53,232 bases of DNA, taken from the NCBI GenBank assembly GCA_017882525.1, contig JADGPI010000015.1, forward strand, positions 1 through 53,232, written 5' to 3'. Shown here in pieces: positions 34,514 to 43,604 of the stretch (the stretch's first letter is position 1; each line of letters starts with the position of its first letter). The position numbers were made by a program, and so were the translations under genes. The DNA is from Thermoleophilia bacterium. GTDB lineage: Bacteria; Actinomycetota; Thermoleophilia; RBG-16-64-13. Below the pieces are notes generated by a model. That model searched no databases. It had not been told where the DNA came from and was given only the letters and a program-made list of their open reading frames with translations.

Positions 34514-35395
34514 ATGCGGGAAACGAGGCGCATCGTCGGCGTCTTGAAAGCCCGTCCCACGATCGAGGGAGCGGGAGTGCACCTCAAGCGGGCCTTCGGC
34601 TATCGCGAAGCACCGCAATTCGACCCGTTCTTGCTCTTGGACGATTTTCATTCGGACGACCCGGCCGACTACCTTGCTGGGTTTCCCTGGCATCCGCACC
34701 GCGGCATCGAGACCATAACGTACGTGCTGCACGGTGACATCGAGCATGGTGACAGCATGGGCAACAGCGGCATCATCGGTGCAGGTGACGTGCAATGGAT
34801 GACGGCCGGCAGCGGGATCATCCACCAGGAGATGCCGAAGGGGGAGAAGACGCCATCTCCCGGTGGCGGGCGGCCCATGTGGGGCTTCCAACTTTGGGCC
34901 AACTTGCCTGCGTCGCACAAGATGATGGACCCGCGTTACCGGGACGTGAAGGCCAGTCAGATCCCACGTGTGGCGCTGGAAGGCGGGGGGTCGGCCGGCG
35001 TCATCTGTGGCGAAGTAGGCGGCGTCCAGGGTCCGGTGCAGGACATCGTCACCGATCCTGAGTACCTTGATGTCTCGCTCCCTGGCGGCAGCCAGTTTGT
35101 ACATCCGATGAGGCGCGGTCACAGCGCATTCGCCTACATGGTCGACGGCGCAGGATACTTCTCGCCGGACCGAGGGTCGGCACTCATCGCGGCTGAGAGT
35201 GTGGTGGTTTTCGGCGACGGCGACCAGGTGTCCGCGGGTGCGGGTGAAGTGCCCATGCGCTTCTTGCTCGTGTCCGGGAAACCGCTCAAAGAACCGGTTG
35301 CATGGGGCGGGCCGATCGTCATGAACACTCAGGAGGAACTGCGACTGGCCTTCGACGAGTACAACCGGGGGACTTTCGTCAAACACCGCATTTAG
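34514..35395 (+). CDS. Pirin family protein
   Basis: GGAAGGAG precedes ATG 34514. FPWHPHRGIETITYVLHGDIEHGDSMGN is the pirin metal-binding cupin motif. Confidence 0.9.
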   Translation: MRETRRIVGVLKARPTIEGAGVHLKRAFGYREAPQFDPFLLLDDFHSDDPADYLAGFPWHPHRGIETITYVLHGDIEHGDSMGNSGIIGAGDVQWMTAGSGIIHQEMPKGEKTPSPGGGRPMWGFQLWANLPASHKMMDPRYRDVKASQIPRVALEGGGSAGVICGEVGGVQGPVQDIVTDPEYLDVSLPGGSQFVHPMRRGHSAFAYMVDGAGYFSPDRGSALIAAESVVVFGDGDQVSAGAGEVPMRFLLVSGKPLKEPVAWGGPIVMNTQEELRLAFDEYNRGTFVKHRI

Positions 35396-35460
35396 GCGAG
35401 CCGCATGCCTGGCGAGAGCCCGGCACTGCGCGCTTCCGGTCCTGGCAGTCGTCGGGCCGG

Positions 35461-35489
35461 TTGACAAAGGAGCCACCCCTGAGCAAGAT
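35461..35489 (+). promoter_or_regulatory. Candidate sigma70-type promoter for the reductase gene
   Basis: TTGACA (35461-35466), a 17-nt spacer, then CAAGAT (35484-35489), about 75 nt upstream of ATG 35563. The -10 element is imperfect. Confidence 0.3.
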
Positions 35490-35562
35490 TGGGGCGGTGG
35501 TTGGTGATGGTTAACCAACTTGTTGCACTGCTCGCGTTTCGACGGCTATTGGAGGCCTCCCC

Positions 35563-37521
35563 ATGCCAGACTGGGAATCGCTGCTCGAACCGATCAAGAT
35601 CGGGTCGCTCAGTGCCAAGAACCGGGTCGAGGCCGCACCGACGCTCCCCTGCCTCGCCAATACCGACGGATCAGTGTCCACGGAGTTGGTGGATTACTAC
35701 GCCGCGAAAGCAAGGGGTGGAGCGGGCATCGTCACCGTTGGCGAGAGCGCTGTCGACGCGGACTACGCCATCACCCACGGCGGCCAGCTCATCATCGACC
35801 ACGAGCGCAAGATACCCGGCCTTTCCAGACTTGCGGAGACGATAAAGCGGTACGGCGCCCTCGCCTCTCTGGAGTTGTGTCACGGTGGCCGTCAGACCAT
35901 GCCGAACCTGATCGGTGACCGGCCCCCGATCGGTCCTTCCCCGGGATCGAGCAAGCTACATGAGCTGCTCCTCGGTCGCAAGATCGAGACTCAGGAGATG
36001 ACCTCGGAGATGATCGGGCAGGTGATACAGAACTTCGCCTCCGCGGCGTTCCGGCTAAAGCAAGCAGGTTTCGACATGTGCCTGGTCCACGGCGGCCATG
36101 GGTGGCTTCTGGGCCAGTTCCTTTCACCGCTCACGAATCTGCGCACCGACGAGTACGGGGGCAGTCTCGAGAACCGGAGCCGGTTTCCCAGACAGGTGCT
36201 CGAGGCCATCCGGGAGAAGTGCGGGCCAGAATTTGGGATAGAGCTCCGTTTCAGCGGGGAGGAACTGGTTCCCGGTGGCCTACAAGCCGACGAGGCCATG
36301 CAGTTTGCGCGGCTGGTGGAAGACTGTGTGGATTGTTTCCAGGTGAGTTGCGGCATGATGGGTGAGCCCGGCACGATCCCCTACGTCCATCCGGCGTTCT
36401 TCCTTCCCCGGGGCCGGAACGTGCACCTTGCGGCTAGGCTCAAGCAGTCGGTGAGCAAGCCGGTCACCGCGTTGGGCGCGATAATGGACTTCGACCAGGC
36501 CGAAGCGATCGTCGCCGGCGGCGAGGCAGACATGGTGGCGATGGCCCGGCCACTTATGGCGGACCCGGCGTTGCCGTCCAAGAGTATCCATGGCCGCAAA
36601 GACCAGGTCATCCCCTGCATCCGCTGCAACGAATGTCTGGCTCGGGTGGCGCACTTCATCCCCGTGCGCTGCGCGGTCAACCCGCTCACCGGCATGGAGA
36701 CCGAGTATCGGCTCGTCCCTCCGGCGACTCGCAAGAAGAAGGTCGTGGTGGTCGGTGGGGGACCGGGCGGGATGGAGGCGGCGTTGATAGCGGCATCTCG
36801 AGGGCATTCCGTGGTGCTGTTCGAGCGCGACGAAAAGCTGGGCGGCAACTTGTGGGTGGCTTCACAGCCGCCGTTCAAGGACGACATGAAACTCTTTCTC
36901 TCATACTTGGAGCGGCAGATGGACGCCTCCTCGGTGGACGTGCGGCTAGGAGCGGAAGCCGATGCCTCACTCGTGTCAGGAGAGGTGCCCGATGAGTTGG
37001 TCCTGGCGGTGGGCGCGGAACCGTTGCGCCCGGGAATCCCGGGGCTGGATGCTGCCGGCGTGCTTTGGGCGGGCGACGTGTTCGCCGGCGCGGTGATCGC
37101 CGGCAAGACGGTGGTCGTCGCCGGCGGCGGCGGAGTGGGCTGCGAGACCGCGCTCTACCTGAGCCATCAAGGCAAGAAGGTAGTGGTGGTCGAGATGCTT
37201 GACGAGCCGGCGTTGGATTACAACTTCGCGAATCGCAGTCTTCTCCTCGAACTGCTGGCGAGCCACAACGTGGACATCCGGACGGGCTGTAAGTTGGAGG
37301 CTGTGAAGACGGGACGCGTAGTGGTGAGCGGCCCAGGCGGGAAGGAAAGCGAGATCGTTACCGACGCCGTGGTCCATTCTCTGGGGATGGCTCCTCGCAC
37401 GGCGATAGTGGACCAATTGAAGGGCCTGGCCCTCGACGTCCACGTCATCGGGGACTGCCGGTCGCCGCGGCTCATCATCGACGCCGTTCACGAAGGCTTC
37501 CACGCAGCTATAGAGATGTAG
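35563..37521 (+). CDS. NADH:flavin oxidoreductase (OYE TIM barrel) fused to FAD/NAD(P)-binding domain, 2,4-dienoyl-CoA reductase-like
   Basis: The N-terminal OYE blocks are KNRVEAAP, GGAGIVTVGE, HGGHGWLLGQFLSP and RTDEYGGSLENR. The Fe-S Cys motif is CIRCNEC...C. The dinucleotide motifs are VVVVGGGPGGMEAA and VVVAGGGGVGCE. Confidence 0.9.
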   Translation: MPDWESLLEPIKIGSLSAKNRVEAAPTLPCLANTDGSVSTELVDYYAAKARGGAGIVTVGESAVDADYAITHGGQLIIDHERKIPGLSRLAETIKRYGALASLELCHGGRQTMPNLIGDRPPIGPSPGSSKLHELLLGRKIETQEMTSEMIGQVIQNFASAAFRLKQAGFDMCLVHGGHGWLLGQFLSPLTNLRTDEYGGSLENRSRFPRQVLEAIREKCGPEFGIELRFSGEELVPGGLQADEAMQFARLVEDCVDCFQVSCGMMGEPGTIPYVHPAFFLPRGRNVHLAARLKQSVSKPVTALGAIMDFDQAEAIVAGGEADMVAMARPLMADPALPSKSIHGRKDQVIPCIRCNECLARVAHFIPVRCAVNPLTGMETEYRLVPPATRKKKVVVVGGGPGGMEAALIAASRGHSVVLFERDEKLGGNLWVASQPPFKDDMKLFLSYLERQMDASSVDVRLGAEADASLVSGEVPDELVLAVGAEPLRPGIPGLDAAGVLWAGDVFAGAVIAGKTVVVAGGGGVGCETALYLSHQGKKVVVVEMLDEPALDYNFANRSLLLELLASHNVDIRTGCKLEAVKTGRVVVSGPGGKESEIVTDAVVHSLGMAPRTAIVDQLKGLALDVHVIGDCRSPRLIIDAVHEGFHAAIEM

Positions 37522-37684
37522 GGTGCTGGGCGCCGCGTGGCCGGGGCCCGCGGGCTGACGACGCCGAGCCGCCGTCCAGGGCGGGCGCCACTCATCTGTT
37601 CCCAGCCGGTTGCGCGCGGCCTCGCGAGAGCATATCGTGCGGGGGATGACGGAGATTAGAAACAGCAGGGGTGCGGCCGGTGGC

Positions 37685-38497
37685 ATGCAATCACCGCCGC
37701 CGCGGCCGGGGCGGCCTTCCACGGCGGTCTCGGCCCGTACCGGCTCCCCCGGATACCGTGACCGGCACTCCCACGAGCCGGCTTACCTTCACATCGCGAA
37801 TACCATGACCGATCGCATCGGGTCCGGCGTCCATCGGGCCGGCGACCAGGTGCCCACCGAGGCGCAGCTCAGGCTTGAGTTCGGCGTCAGCCCCATGACG
37901 GTACGCCGTGCCATCAGCATCCTTCTCGACCGAGGGTTGGTCACGACGACCCAAGGCAAAGGCACATTCGTGCGGAGCCTTGACCTGGGTGAAGCGGTGT
38001 TCCGACTCCAGGAGCTGACTGACGTGTGGGCGGGGGATGCGTCCGTTGGGGTGCTTCTGCTGGGGGCAAGGATCGTTCCTGCCGGCGAGAAAGTAGCGGC
38101 CATGTTGGAATGCGCAACGGGCGCGCCGACCGTCTACATGCGGCGACTCATTCAGCGGCGTGGGGTTCCCCTGATTTATCAGCTGGAGCACGTGGTCTAT
38201 GACGAGCGCCGGCCGCTTGTGGAAGCTCAGTTGCAGATCACATCCCTCGACGGTTTGCTCCGCTCCGCCGGAGGGGAGGGCATCCCTAGCGGGCAACTCA
38301 CGGTTCAGGCTGTCAGTCTGGACGCTGACGCGGCGGCCCTACTGGGGGTGGCGGAAGGATCGCCGGCCTTCTGTCTGGAGCACCTCTTCCGGGACTTCGA
38401 AGGGTGCCCGGTCAGCTGGGGTTGGTTCCTGTGCCGTGCGGATCAGTTCCGGCTTAGCACGTCAATAGGGGTCACGCCTCGGACATTGGAGAGTTAG
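37685..38497 (+). CDS. GntR-family (HutC/UTRA subfamily) transcriptional regulator
   Basis: The winged-HTH is VPTEAQLRLEFGVSPMTVRRAISILLDRGLVTTTQGKGTFV, followed by a UTRA-like effector domain. The start is uncertain (ATG 37685, or upstream ATG 37646 / start 37610). Confidence 0.75.
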   Translation: MQSPPPRPGRPSTAVSARTGSPGYRDRHSHEPAYLHIANTMTDRIGSGVHRAGDQVPTEAQLRLEFGVSPMTVRRAISILLDRGLVTTTQGKGTFVRSLDLGEAVFRLQELTDVWAGDASVGVLLLGARIVPAGEKVAAMLECATGAPTVYMRRLIQRRGVPLIYQLEHVVYDERRPLVEAQLQITSLDGLLRSAGGEGIPSGQLTVQAVSLDADAAALLGVAEGSPAFCLEHLFRDFEGCPVSWGWFLCRADQFRLSTSIGVTPRTLES

Positions 38498-38574
38498 GCC
38501 ATCCCGGAGGAAACCGACTCAAAGCGACCGCCCCGAAGCCGGGGGAAGTGCCTCCCGGCGGTCGACTGCCGCCT

Positions 38575-38619
38575 CTCAGGCTCGACAACAGCCGCTCAGG
38601 CTTGACAGCAGCCGCTCAG
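38575..38619. repeat. Imperfect 20-bp tandem repeat, 2.25 copies
   Basis: CTCAGGCTCGACAACAGCCG (38575-38594), CTCAGGCTTGACAGCAGCCG (38595-38614), then CTCAG (38615-38619). The copies differ at 2 positions. Confidence 0.9.
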
Positions 38620-38630
38620 TTATCTATATA
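38602..38630 (+). promoter_or_regulatory. Near-consensus sigma70-type promoter in front of the corrinoid protein gene
   Basis: TTGACA (38602-38607), an exactly 17-nt spacer, then TATATA (38625-38630). This is an AT-rich island in otherwise GC-rich DNA, about 50 nt upstream of GTG 38682. Confidence 0.5.
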
Positions 38631-38681
38631 TATGATCCTAAGGGATCGAGGGGCGCAGACCGGCCACCCACGGGGGGTAAT

Positions 38682-39341
38682 GTGCAGTCCATCGCGGCCG
38701 CAGTCGCGGCTCTGAACGAGAAGACAGCTGTCCGTCTGGTCGAAGAAGCCCTAGCGGCCGGCGAGAGTTCGCTCAGCATCGTGCGCGTCGCGGAAGAGGG
38801 CATGCGCAAGGTGGGCGAGCGGTACGAACGCCAGGACATCTTCCTTTCCGGCCTGATCATGGCCGGCGAGATCTTCAGAAGCATCATGGAGCTGGCGCAG
38901 CCAGGCCTGGAGAACGAAATGGTGGGCAATGCCTCCGGCCGGGTGCTGCTCGGCACGGTGTCGGGGGATATCCACGATATAGGGAAGAACATGGCCGCGC
39001 TCGCCTACAGGACCTTTGGCTTCACGGTCGAGGATCTGGGGGTGAACGTCCCCACGCCGCGCTTTCTCGACGCGGCCAAGGCCTTTCGCCCCGACATCGT
39101 CGGACTCTCTGGACTGCTCTTTGTTGCCTTCACCGCCATGCGGGACGTCGTCACCCTCTTCAAAGACCACGCGGGCGAACTCGAGAAGGCGCCGGTGATT
39201 ATCATCGGAGGCGGCACCATCGACCAGAATATAGCGGGCTACGTGGGGGCCGATTATTGGACCACGGACGCCATGGAAGGCGTGCGTATCTGCCAACGCG
39301 TCATGGAAAAAGGGCAACCCGCCTCACTCAGTCAGGGGTGA
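38682..39341 (+). CDS. Stand-alone corrinoid (cobalamin-binding) protein, B12-binding_2 cap + B12-binding Rossmann domain
   Basis: GTG start after ACGGGGGG. DxHxxG is present as GDIHDIGKN, together with SGLL and GGG blocks. Size (219 aa) and layout match methyltransferase-cognate corrinoid proteins. Confidence 0.85.
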   Translation: MQSIAAAVAALNEKTAVRLVEEALAAGESSLSIVRVAEEGMRKVGERYERQDIFLSGLIMAGEIFRSIMELAQPGLENEMVGNASGRVLLGTVSGDIHDIGKNMAALAYRTFGFTVEDLGVNVPTPRFLDAAKAFRPDIVGLSGLLFVAFTAMRDVVTLFKDHAGELEKAPVIIIGGGTIDQNIAGYVGADYWTTDAMEGVRICQRVMEKGQPASLSQG

Positions 39342-39593
39342 TACATTTGACGTCTGTATTGGCCGGCGACATCCAGGACAAGTCGAGGTCCAGCGGCGCG
39401 GTGACGTGCGCCGGCTCCCTCCGCAGAGGTAGGTGATGTCCGGGGGCTATCGCTGCTGACGAAAGCGCACAGCCGGTCGATACTCGCGGAAGGGTCGACC
39501 GTCAGCGGGCGCAACTGAAGGATCTGGCAAATCCGGAGCGTTGGGGCCGAGACAAGGTTCCAGTAAGGGGGAGGGCGATACTACAGCGCCCTC

Positions 39594-39770
39594 ATGATGT
39601 TCGCGGTCGCGATCGGGGGACTTGGCACGATCGTATGTCCCATCTTGGGGGCCGTGATCGTTGGCGCATGGATCTCTCACCGGTGCGCCGGCGCCTATGC
39701 CTGGAAACCGTGTGTTTTCCGGAGGAGCAACCTCCTCCGCCAACGCCTGAGCGGTTCGCTCGTCCGTTAG
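39594..39770 (+). CDS. Possible 58-aa membrane peptide (below the ORF-track length cut-off)
   Basis: My own translation is MMFAVAIGGLGTIVCPILGAVIVGAWISHRCAGAYAWKPCVFRRSNLLRQRLSGSLVR, one helix plus a basic Cys-containing tail. AAGGGGGAGGG lies about 19 nt upstream, which is long spacing. No homology support. Confidence 0.25.
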   Translation: MMFAVAIGGLGTIVCPILGAVIVGAWISHRCAGAYAWKPCVFRRSNLLRQRLSGSLVR

Positions 39771-39880
39771 AACCACACGGCAACGACGACAGCGTTGCAG
39801 CTAGCGGCGCCCCCGCCTCAGACACCGCACCCCACACAGGTGATGGTACGCCGGGCTCTTGAGACCGAGTCCGCCGTCAG

Positions 39881-41455
39881 CTATCGAGCGGCTCGAGCCC
39901 CATCGGCCGACGAGAGCAATGTCTTCGTTTCCGGGGCCTGCTCACTTGTTCGCTCGGCCCAGCCTAGCGCGCGCTCCGCGGCGCGCTGCCACTCTCGGTA
40001 GAGGCGCTCGCGTTCGCTACTGCTCATGCTGGGGAGGAAGGTCCGGTCGGCACCGGCAAGCGCAGAGATGTCGTCACGCGACCAGAAGCCCACGGCGAGG
40101 CCCGCCAGTGCCGCCGCGCCCAGTGCGGTGGTCTCCTTGACCCTCGACCGTTCGACCCGGACCCCGAGGAGGTCGGCCTGAAGCTGGAGTAGGAAGTCGT
40201 CTCCGGTTGCTCCGCCGTCGGCTCGCAAGCTGGAGAGAGCACCGCCCGTATCCTGGGTCATCGCGTCCAGGACCGCGCGGGTCTGGAGACAGATGGACTC
40301 CTCGGTGGCTCTGGCCAGGTGCGCGCGGCCCGTGCCGCGCGTGATGCCGACCAGCAGGCCACGAGCGTAAGGGTCCCAGTAGGGTGCGCCAAGACCGGCC
40401 ATCGCCGGCACGAAATACAGACCACCGTTGTCCGGCACCTGGGTCGCGAGCGGACCGATATCCGCGGCCGCTTCGATGAGGCCCATTTCGTCCCGTAGCC
40501 ATTGCACCGCTGCGCCTGCCACGAACACCGAGCCTTCCAGCGCGTAGGTCACCTGGGCGCCGGCCGCCGCGCCGGCGGCGACGCCGGCGCTCAGGCCCCA
40601 CGCCACCGTTGACAGTAACCCGTGTCTTGAAGTGACCGGCTGCGTGCCCACGTTCATAAGCAGAAAGCAGCCTGTACCGTAGGTGTTCTTGGTGTCACCG
40701 GCCTTGAGACAATCCTGACCGAAGAGAGCCGCCTGCTGGTCCCCTGCCAGCCCCGCGATCGGAACGGCGGCGCCGAACCATTGCGGGTCTGACACCCCTA
40801 GCACCGCGGACGACAAGCAAGGCTGGGGCAGAATCTCCCGCGGCACCCCGAACACTTTGAGGAGCTCGTCGTCCCAGTCCAGGGACCTCAGACCGAAGAG
40901 CATCGTCCGCGAGGCATTGCTGTAGTCGGTGACAAAGCTGCGGCCGCGCGTGAGCCGCCACATGAGGAAGCTGTCGACCGTACCGGCCCTGAGCCGTCCC
41001 TGAGCCATGAGCCACCGGGCGTCCGCACGGGCCGAGAGGAGCCACTCCAGCTTGGTGGCGCTGAAGTACGGGTCGAGACGAAGCCCGGTCTTCTCTCTTA
41101 TGCGCGGATCCCAACCAGACCTCCGGAGCTGATCGCACCGTTCGGCCGTCCGCCGGCATTGCCACACGATCGCGTTGCCGAGAGCGGTGCCTGTCTCGCA
41201 GTCCCAGAGCAGGGAAGTTTCGCGTTGGTTGGCTATTCCGATAGCCGCCAACTGCTCGGCCTCCAAACCCGCGATGGCGAGCGCATCGCGACCGGCTTTC
41301 AGCTGGCCCGTCCAGATCTCTTCTGGGTCGTGCTCCACCCACCCAGGCTGGGGGTAGTGTTGGTGGACCTCGTATTGAGCCTTACCCAGAACGGTGCCGT
41401 CCCGCCCGAACACGACCGCCCGGGAACTCGTCGTTCCCTGGTCGAGCGCCAACAC
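39881..41455 (-). CDS. glpK: Glycerol kinase
   Basis: LALDQGTTSSR, GWVEHDP, ITNQRETS-like IANQRETS, GDQQAALFGQ, KNTYGTGCF, YALEGSVF, GLGAPYWD and DGGATGDDFLLQLQAD are present. GTG start. There is a short Ala/Gly insertion (GLSAGVAAGAAAGAQ) and a C-terminal extension. Confidence 0.9.
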   Translation of the reverse strand: MLALDQGTTSSRAVVFGRDGTVLGKAQYEVHQHYPQPGWVEHDPEEIWTGQLKAGRDALAIAGLEAEQLAAIGIANQRETSLLWDCETGTALGNAIVWQCRRTAERCDQLRRSGWDPRIREKTGLRLDPYFSATKLEWLLSARADARWLMAQGRLRAGTVDSFLMWRLTRGRSFVTDYSNASRTMLFGLRSLDWDDELLKVFGVPREILPQPCLSSAVLGVSDPQWFGAAVPIAGLAGDQQAALFGQDCLKAGDTKNTYGTGCFLLMNVGTQPVTSRHGLLSTVAWGLSAGVAAGAAAGAQVTYALEGSVFVAGAAVQWLRDEMGLIEAAADIGPLATQVPDNGGLYFVPAMAGLGAPYWDPYARGLLVGITRGTGRAHLARATEESICLQTRAVLDAMTQDTGGALSSLRADGGATGDDFLLQLQADLLGVRVERSRVKETTALGAAALAGLAVGFWSRDDISALAGADRTFLPSMSSSERERLYREWQRAAERALGWAERTSEQAPETKTLLSSADGARAAR

Positions 41456-41570
41456 TGCTGCCGGTCTGTCGACCGTTTCATACCCCCCTGCATGGCCCTG
41501 TTCGCGGAGGGCGCAAAGACTACCCGTTAGACCCGGCCTTGGTCCCCCGATGCGGTTACAATAGCAGCCA

Positions 41571-42314
41571 ATGGACTGGAACGAGCCACTTTACGTGGAA
41601 GGTAGACGAGAGAGCCCCCGGGTGGGAGTCCTGGTGCTCCACGGCTTCGGGGGGTCGCCGTACTCCATGCAAGAGTACGCTCTGCGGTTTGTCGACGCGG
41701 GCCACAGTGTCGCCCTGCCATTGCTAACCGGGCACGGTTCCACCCCGCAAGACATGGAGAAAGCCCGGTGGACCGACTGGACGGGCGACGCCGATTCGGC
41801 GTATGGGTGGCTGGAGCAGCGGGCCGATAGGATCTTCGTGACCGGGCTATCCATGGGGGGGACGCTGGCTCTTTGGGCGGCGGAACGGCATCCGGAGGTA
41901 GCGGGGATCGTCACAGTAAATGCGGCTCTGCGTTTCCGCGAGGAGCCCCTCATGCATCTGCTGGGCGTCCTGGGCTTTCCCCGCTGGCTCAAGACCATTG
42001 GTAACGACATCCGCAAACCGGGTCAGGACGAGCGGGCATACTCCAAGATCCCTGTCCGGGCCATGCGCCAGCTCGGCCTCCTCCTGCGTGACGTCCGCAA
42101 GGACTTGCCGCGAATCGATTGTCCGGCCTTACTTTTCTCCTCACCAGACGATCACGTGGTCCCACCAGCCAATCAGCAAGAGACATACGCAAGGATCAGC
42201 TCTCGGGACAAGACACTCTCGCTGCTCACGCGGTCACACCACTGTGCGACTCTCGACAACGACAGGGAACAGATCTTCGAAGGTGCACTCGAGTTCGTGG
42301 AGGCCCACCTGTAG
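41571..42314 (+). CDS. Alpha/beta-hydrolase, carboxylesterase / monoacylglycerol-lipase-like
   Basis: VLVLHGFGGSP, the nucleophile elbow GLSMGG, and Asp/His-containing C-terminal blocks (SPDDHVV, SHHC). At 247 aa it resembles thermostable Est30-type esterases. Confidence 0.8.
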   Translation: MDWNEPLYVEGRRESPRVGVLVLHGFGGSPYSMQEYALRFVDAGHSVALPLLTGHGSTPQDMEKARWTDWTGDADSAYGWLEQRADRIFVTGLSMGGTLALWAAERHPEVAGIVTVNAALRFREEPLMHLLGVLGFPRWLKTIGNDIRKPGQDERAYSKIPVRAMRQLGLLLRDVRKDLPRIDCPALLFSSPDDHVVPPANQQETYARISSRDKTLSLLTRSHHCATLDNDREQIFEGALEFVEAHL

Positions 42315-42372
42315 ACGTCCTCTTATGAAGCTGCACTTGAGCTTTACGGCACGCTAGGCGAAGGAGAAAGCG

Positions 42373-42744
42373 ATGGACTGGGAAAAGGCCTCGCCCGAGT
42401 TGGGGGAGCTATTGGCCGAAGCATCCGCCCCGTTCTCCGGTGTGGAGCGGAGAAAGATGTTTGGCGGAGTCTCCCTGTTCCTCAACGGCCATATGCTCGG
42501 GGGCATCCACGGGCAAAAGATAGTCTTGCGGCTCGCGGAAGAGGACCGCGCTGCCGCGGAGCGAGACGCTGGCATGGTTCCGTTCGAGCCGACGCCGGGA
42601 CGGTCGATGAAGGAATACGTCGTCGTACCGGAGACCATCTTCCGGGATCCGGACGCTCTCGAGGAATGGCTGCACCTCTCTGTCGAGTTCGTGAGCTCAC
42701 TGCCGCCCAAGGAGCCGAAACCCAAGAAAAGCAAGACAATCTGA
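42373..42744 (+). CDS. TfoX N-terminal domain protein
   Basis: GAAGGAGAAAGCG precedes the ATG. RKMFGGVSLFLNGHMLGGI...LRL is the TfoX_N core, followed by a Lys-rich tail. Confidence 0.7.
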   Translation: MDWEKASPELGELLAEASAPFSGVERRKMFGGVSLFLNGHMLGGIHGQKIVLRLAEEDRAAAERDAGMVPFEPTPGRSMKEYVVVPETIFRDPDALEEWLHLSVEFVSSLPPKEPKPKKSKTI

Positions 42745-42830
42745 TCTCATTCCCTGAGGTGGCTCCCGAGCTCGGCCGCCATCCGGCTACGCGGACGGGC
42801 TCGTGGTAGCAGATCATGCGTCCCGGCGGG

Positions 42831-43505
42831 CTACCCCAGCTTCTCTATCCTCCCGGAGCCGCTCACGCGCTGGTTGAAGGTCTGCGGTTCGCCGAAGTAT
42901 GAGACGCGTCCGGCGCCGTTTATCTTCACCGAGAGCTCCTTCTTGGCCTTGACTTTCGTGCTCCCCGACCCGCTGATTGTGATATAGGTGCGATTGGACT
43001 CCAACTCGGCTGCCTCGACATTGCCTGATCCGCTGATGTTGATCTCTTGCTGCTCCACCTTGCCCGCAAGCGAGAAATCGCCCGAACCAGACACCCGCGC
43101 GCTCAACTGGCCGGCTTGGATATCACCGAGTCTGATCTTGCCTGATCCGGTGATCTTGAGCGCCAAGTGATCGGCGGTGAGGCCGTCGGCCGCAACCGTC
43201 CCGGACCCGGCCAGCTTGATCTCGCTGACGCCTGTTGCTTTGAGGGTGTACCTGACCTTCTTGTCGGAGAGAGTCATCCACTTGAACCACCACGTGATCC
43301 ATTCCCACCACATGAGGTCGAAGGTCAGCACTAAGCGGCCGTCTTTGACCTCGTTCCGCAATTTGGGGAGGATCGCCTCGGCCGTCTCCACGGTGAGCGA
43401 GGGCATCGCTCCCGGCTCCGGCGCTTCAATGGTCAGGTCGCCGACCGCCCGCATGTCAACGACCGTGAATGGGCTCAATTCAAAGGTCTGAGAGACGAGT
43501 GCCAT
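42831..43505 (-). CDS. DUF2807 (head GIN domain, adhesin-like beta-helix) protein
   Basis: AGGAGGAA precedes the ATG. The repeated xGSGxV/I units (LAGSGTV, ITGSGKI, VSGSGDF, ISGSGNV, ISGSGST, INGAGRV, VSGSGRI) are typical of DUF2807. Confidence 0.8.
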   Translation of the reverse strand: MALVSQTFELSPFTVVDMRAVGDLTIEAPEPGAMPSLTVETAEAILPKLRNEVKDGRLVLTFDLMWWEWITWWFKWMTLSDKKVRYTLKATGVSEIKLAGSGTVAADGLTADHLALKITGSGKIRLGDIQAGQLSARVSGSGDFSLAGKVEQQEINISGSGNVEAAELESNRTYITISGSGSTKVKAKKELSVKINGAGRVSYFGEPQTFNQRVSGSGRIEKLG

Positions 43506-43604
43506 TGCTTCCTCCTAGGCTCGGGGCCGTTCCCACCGTGCGACGTTGCCGCCGACCTACGTTGGGGTAGTCTGAAAGAATACCGTTCCCAGTTTCGGCC
43601 TCGT

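Noticed and set aside
33770-35518. 582-aa minus-strand ORF
   Set aside because: It is antisense to the 3' end of the SLH/lectin gene and the whole pirin gene, both strongly supported. The product is Arg/His/Pro-rich with no motifs.
38498-38681. Possible cobalamin riboswitch upstream of the corrinoid gene (also checked 45350-45753 upstream of the B12-radical SAM gene)
   Set aside because: I could not find a B12-box-like core (GCCACUG-type element with the flanking GGGAA / GGUG...UCC helices) in either region. The predicted 5' UTR at 38637-38681 is too short. An Infernal scan would be needed for certainty.
39447-39776. 109-aa minus-strand ORF (and the 81-aa ORF at 39592-39837) in the corrinoid-glpK gap
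   Set aside because: The product is Pro/Arg/Asp-rich with no hydrophobic core, SD or family resemblance. It is more likely non-coding.
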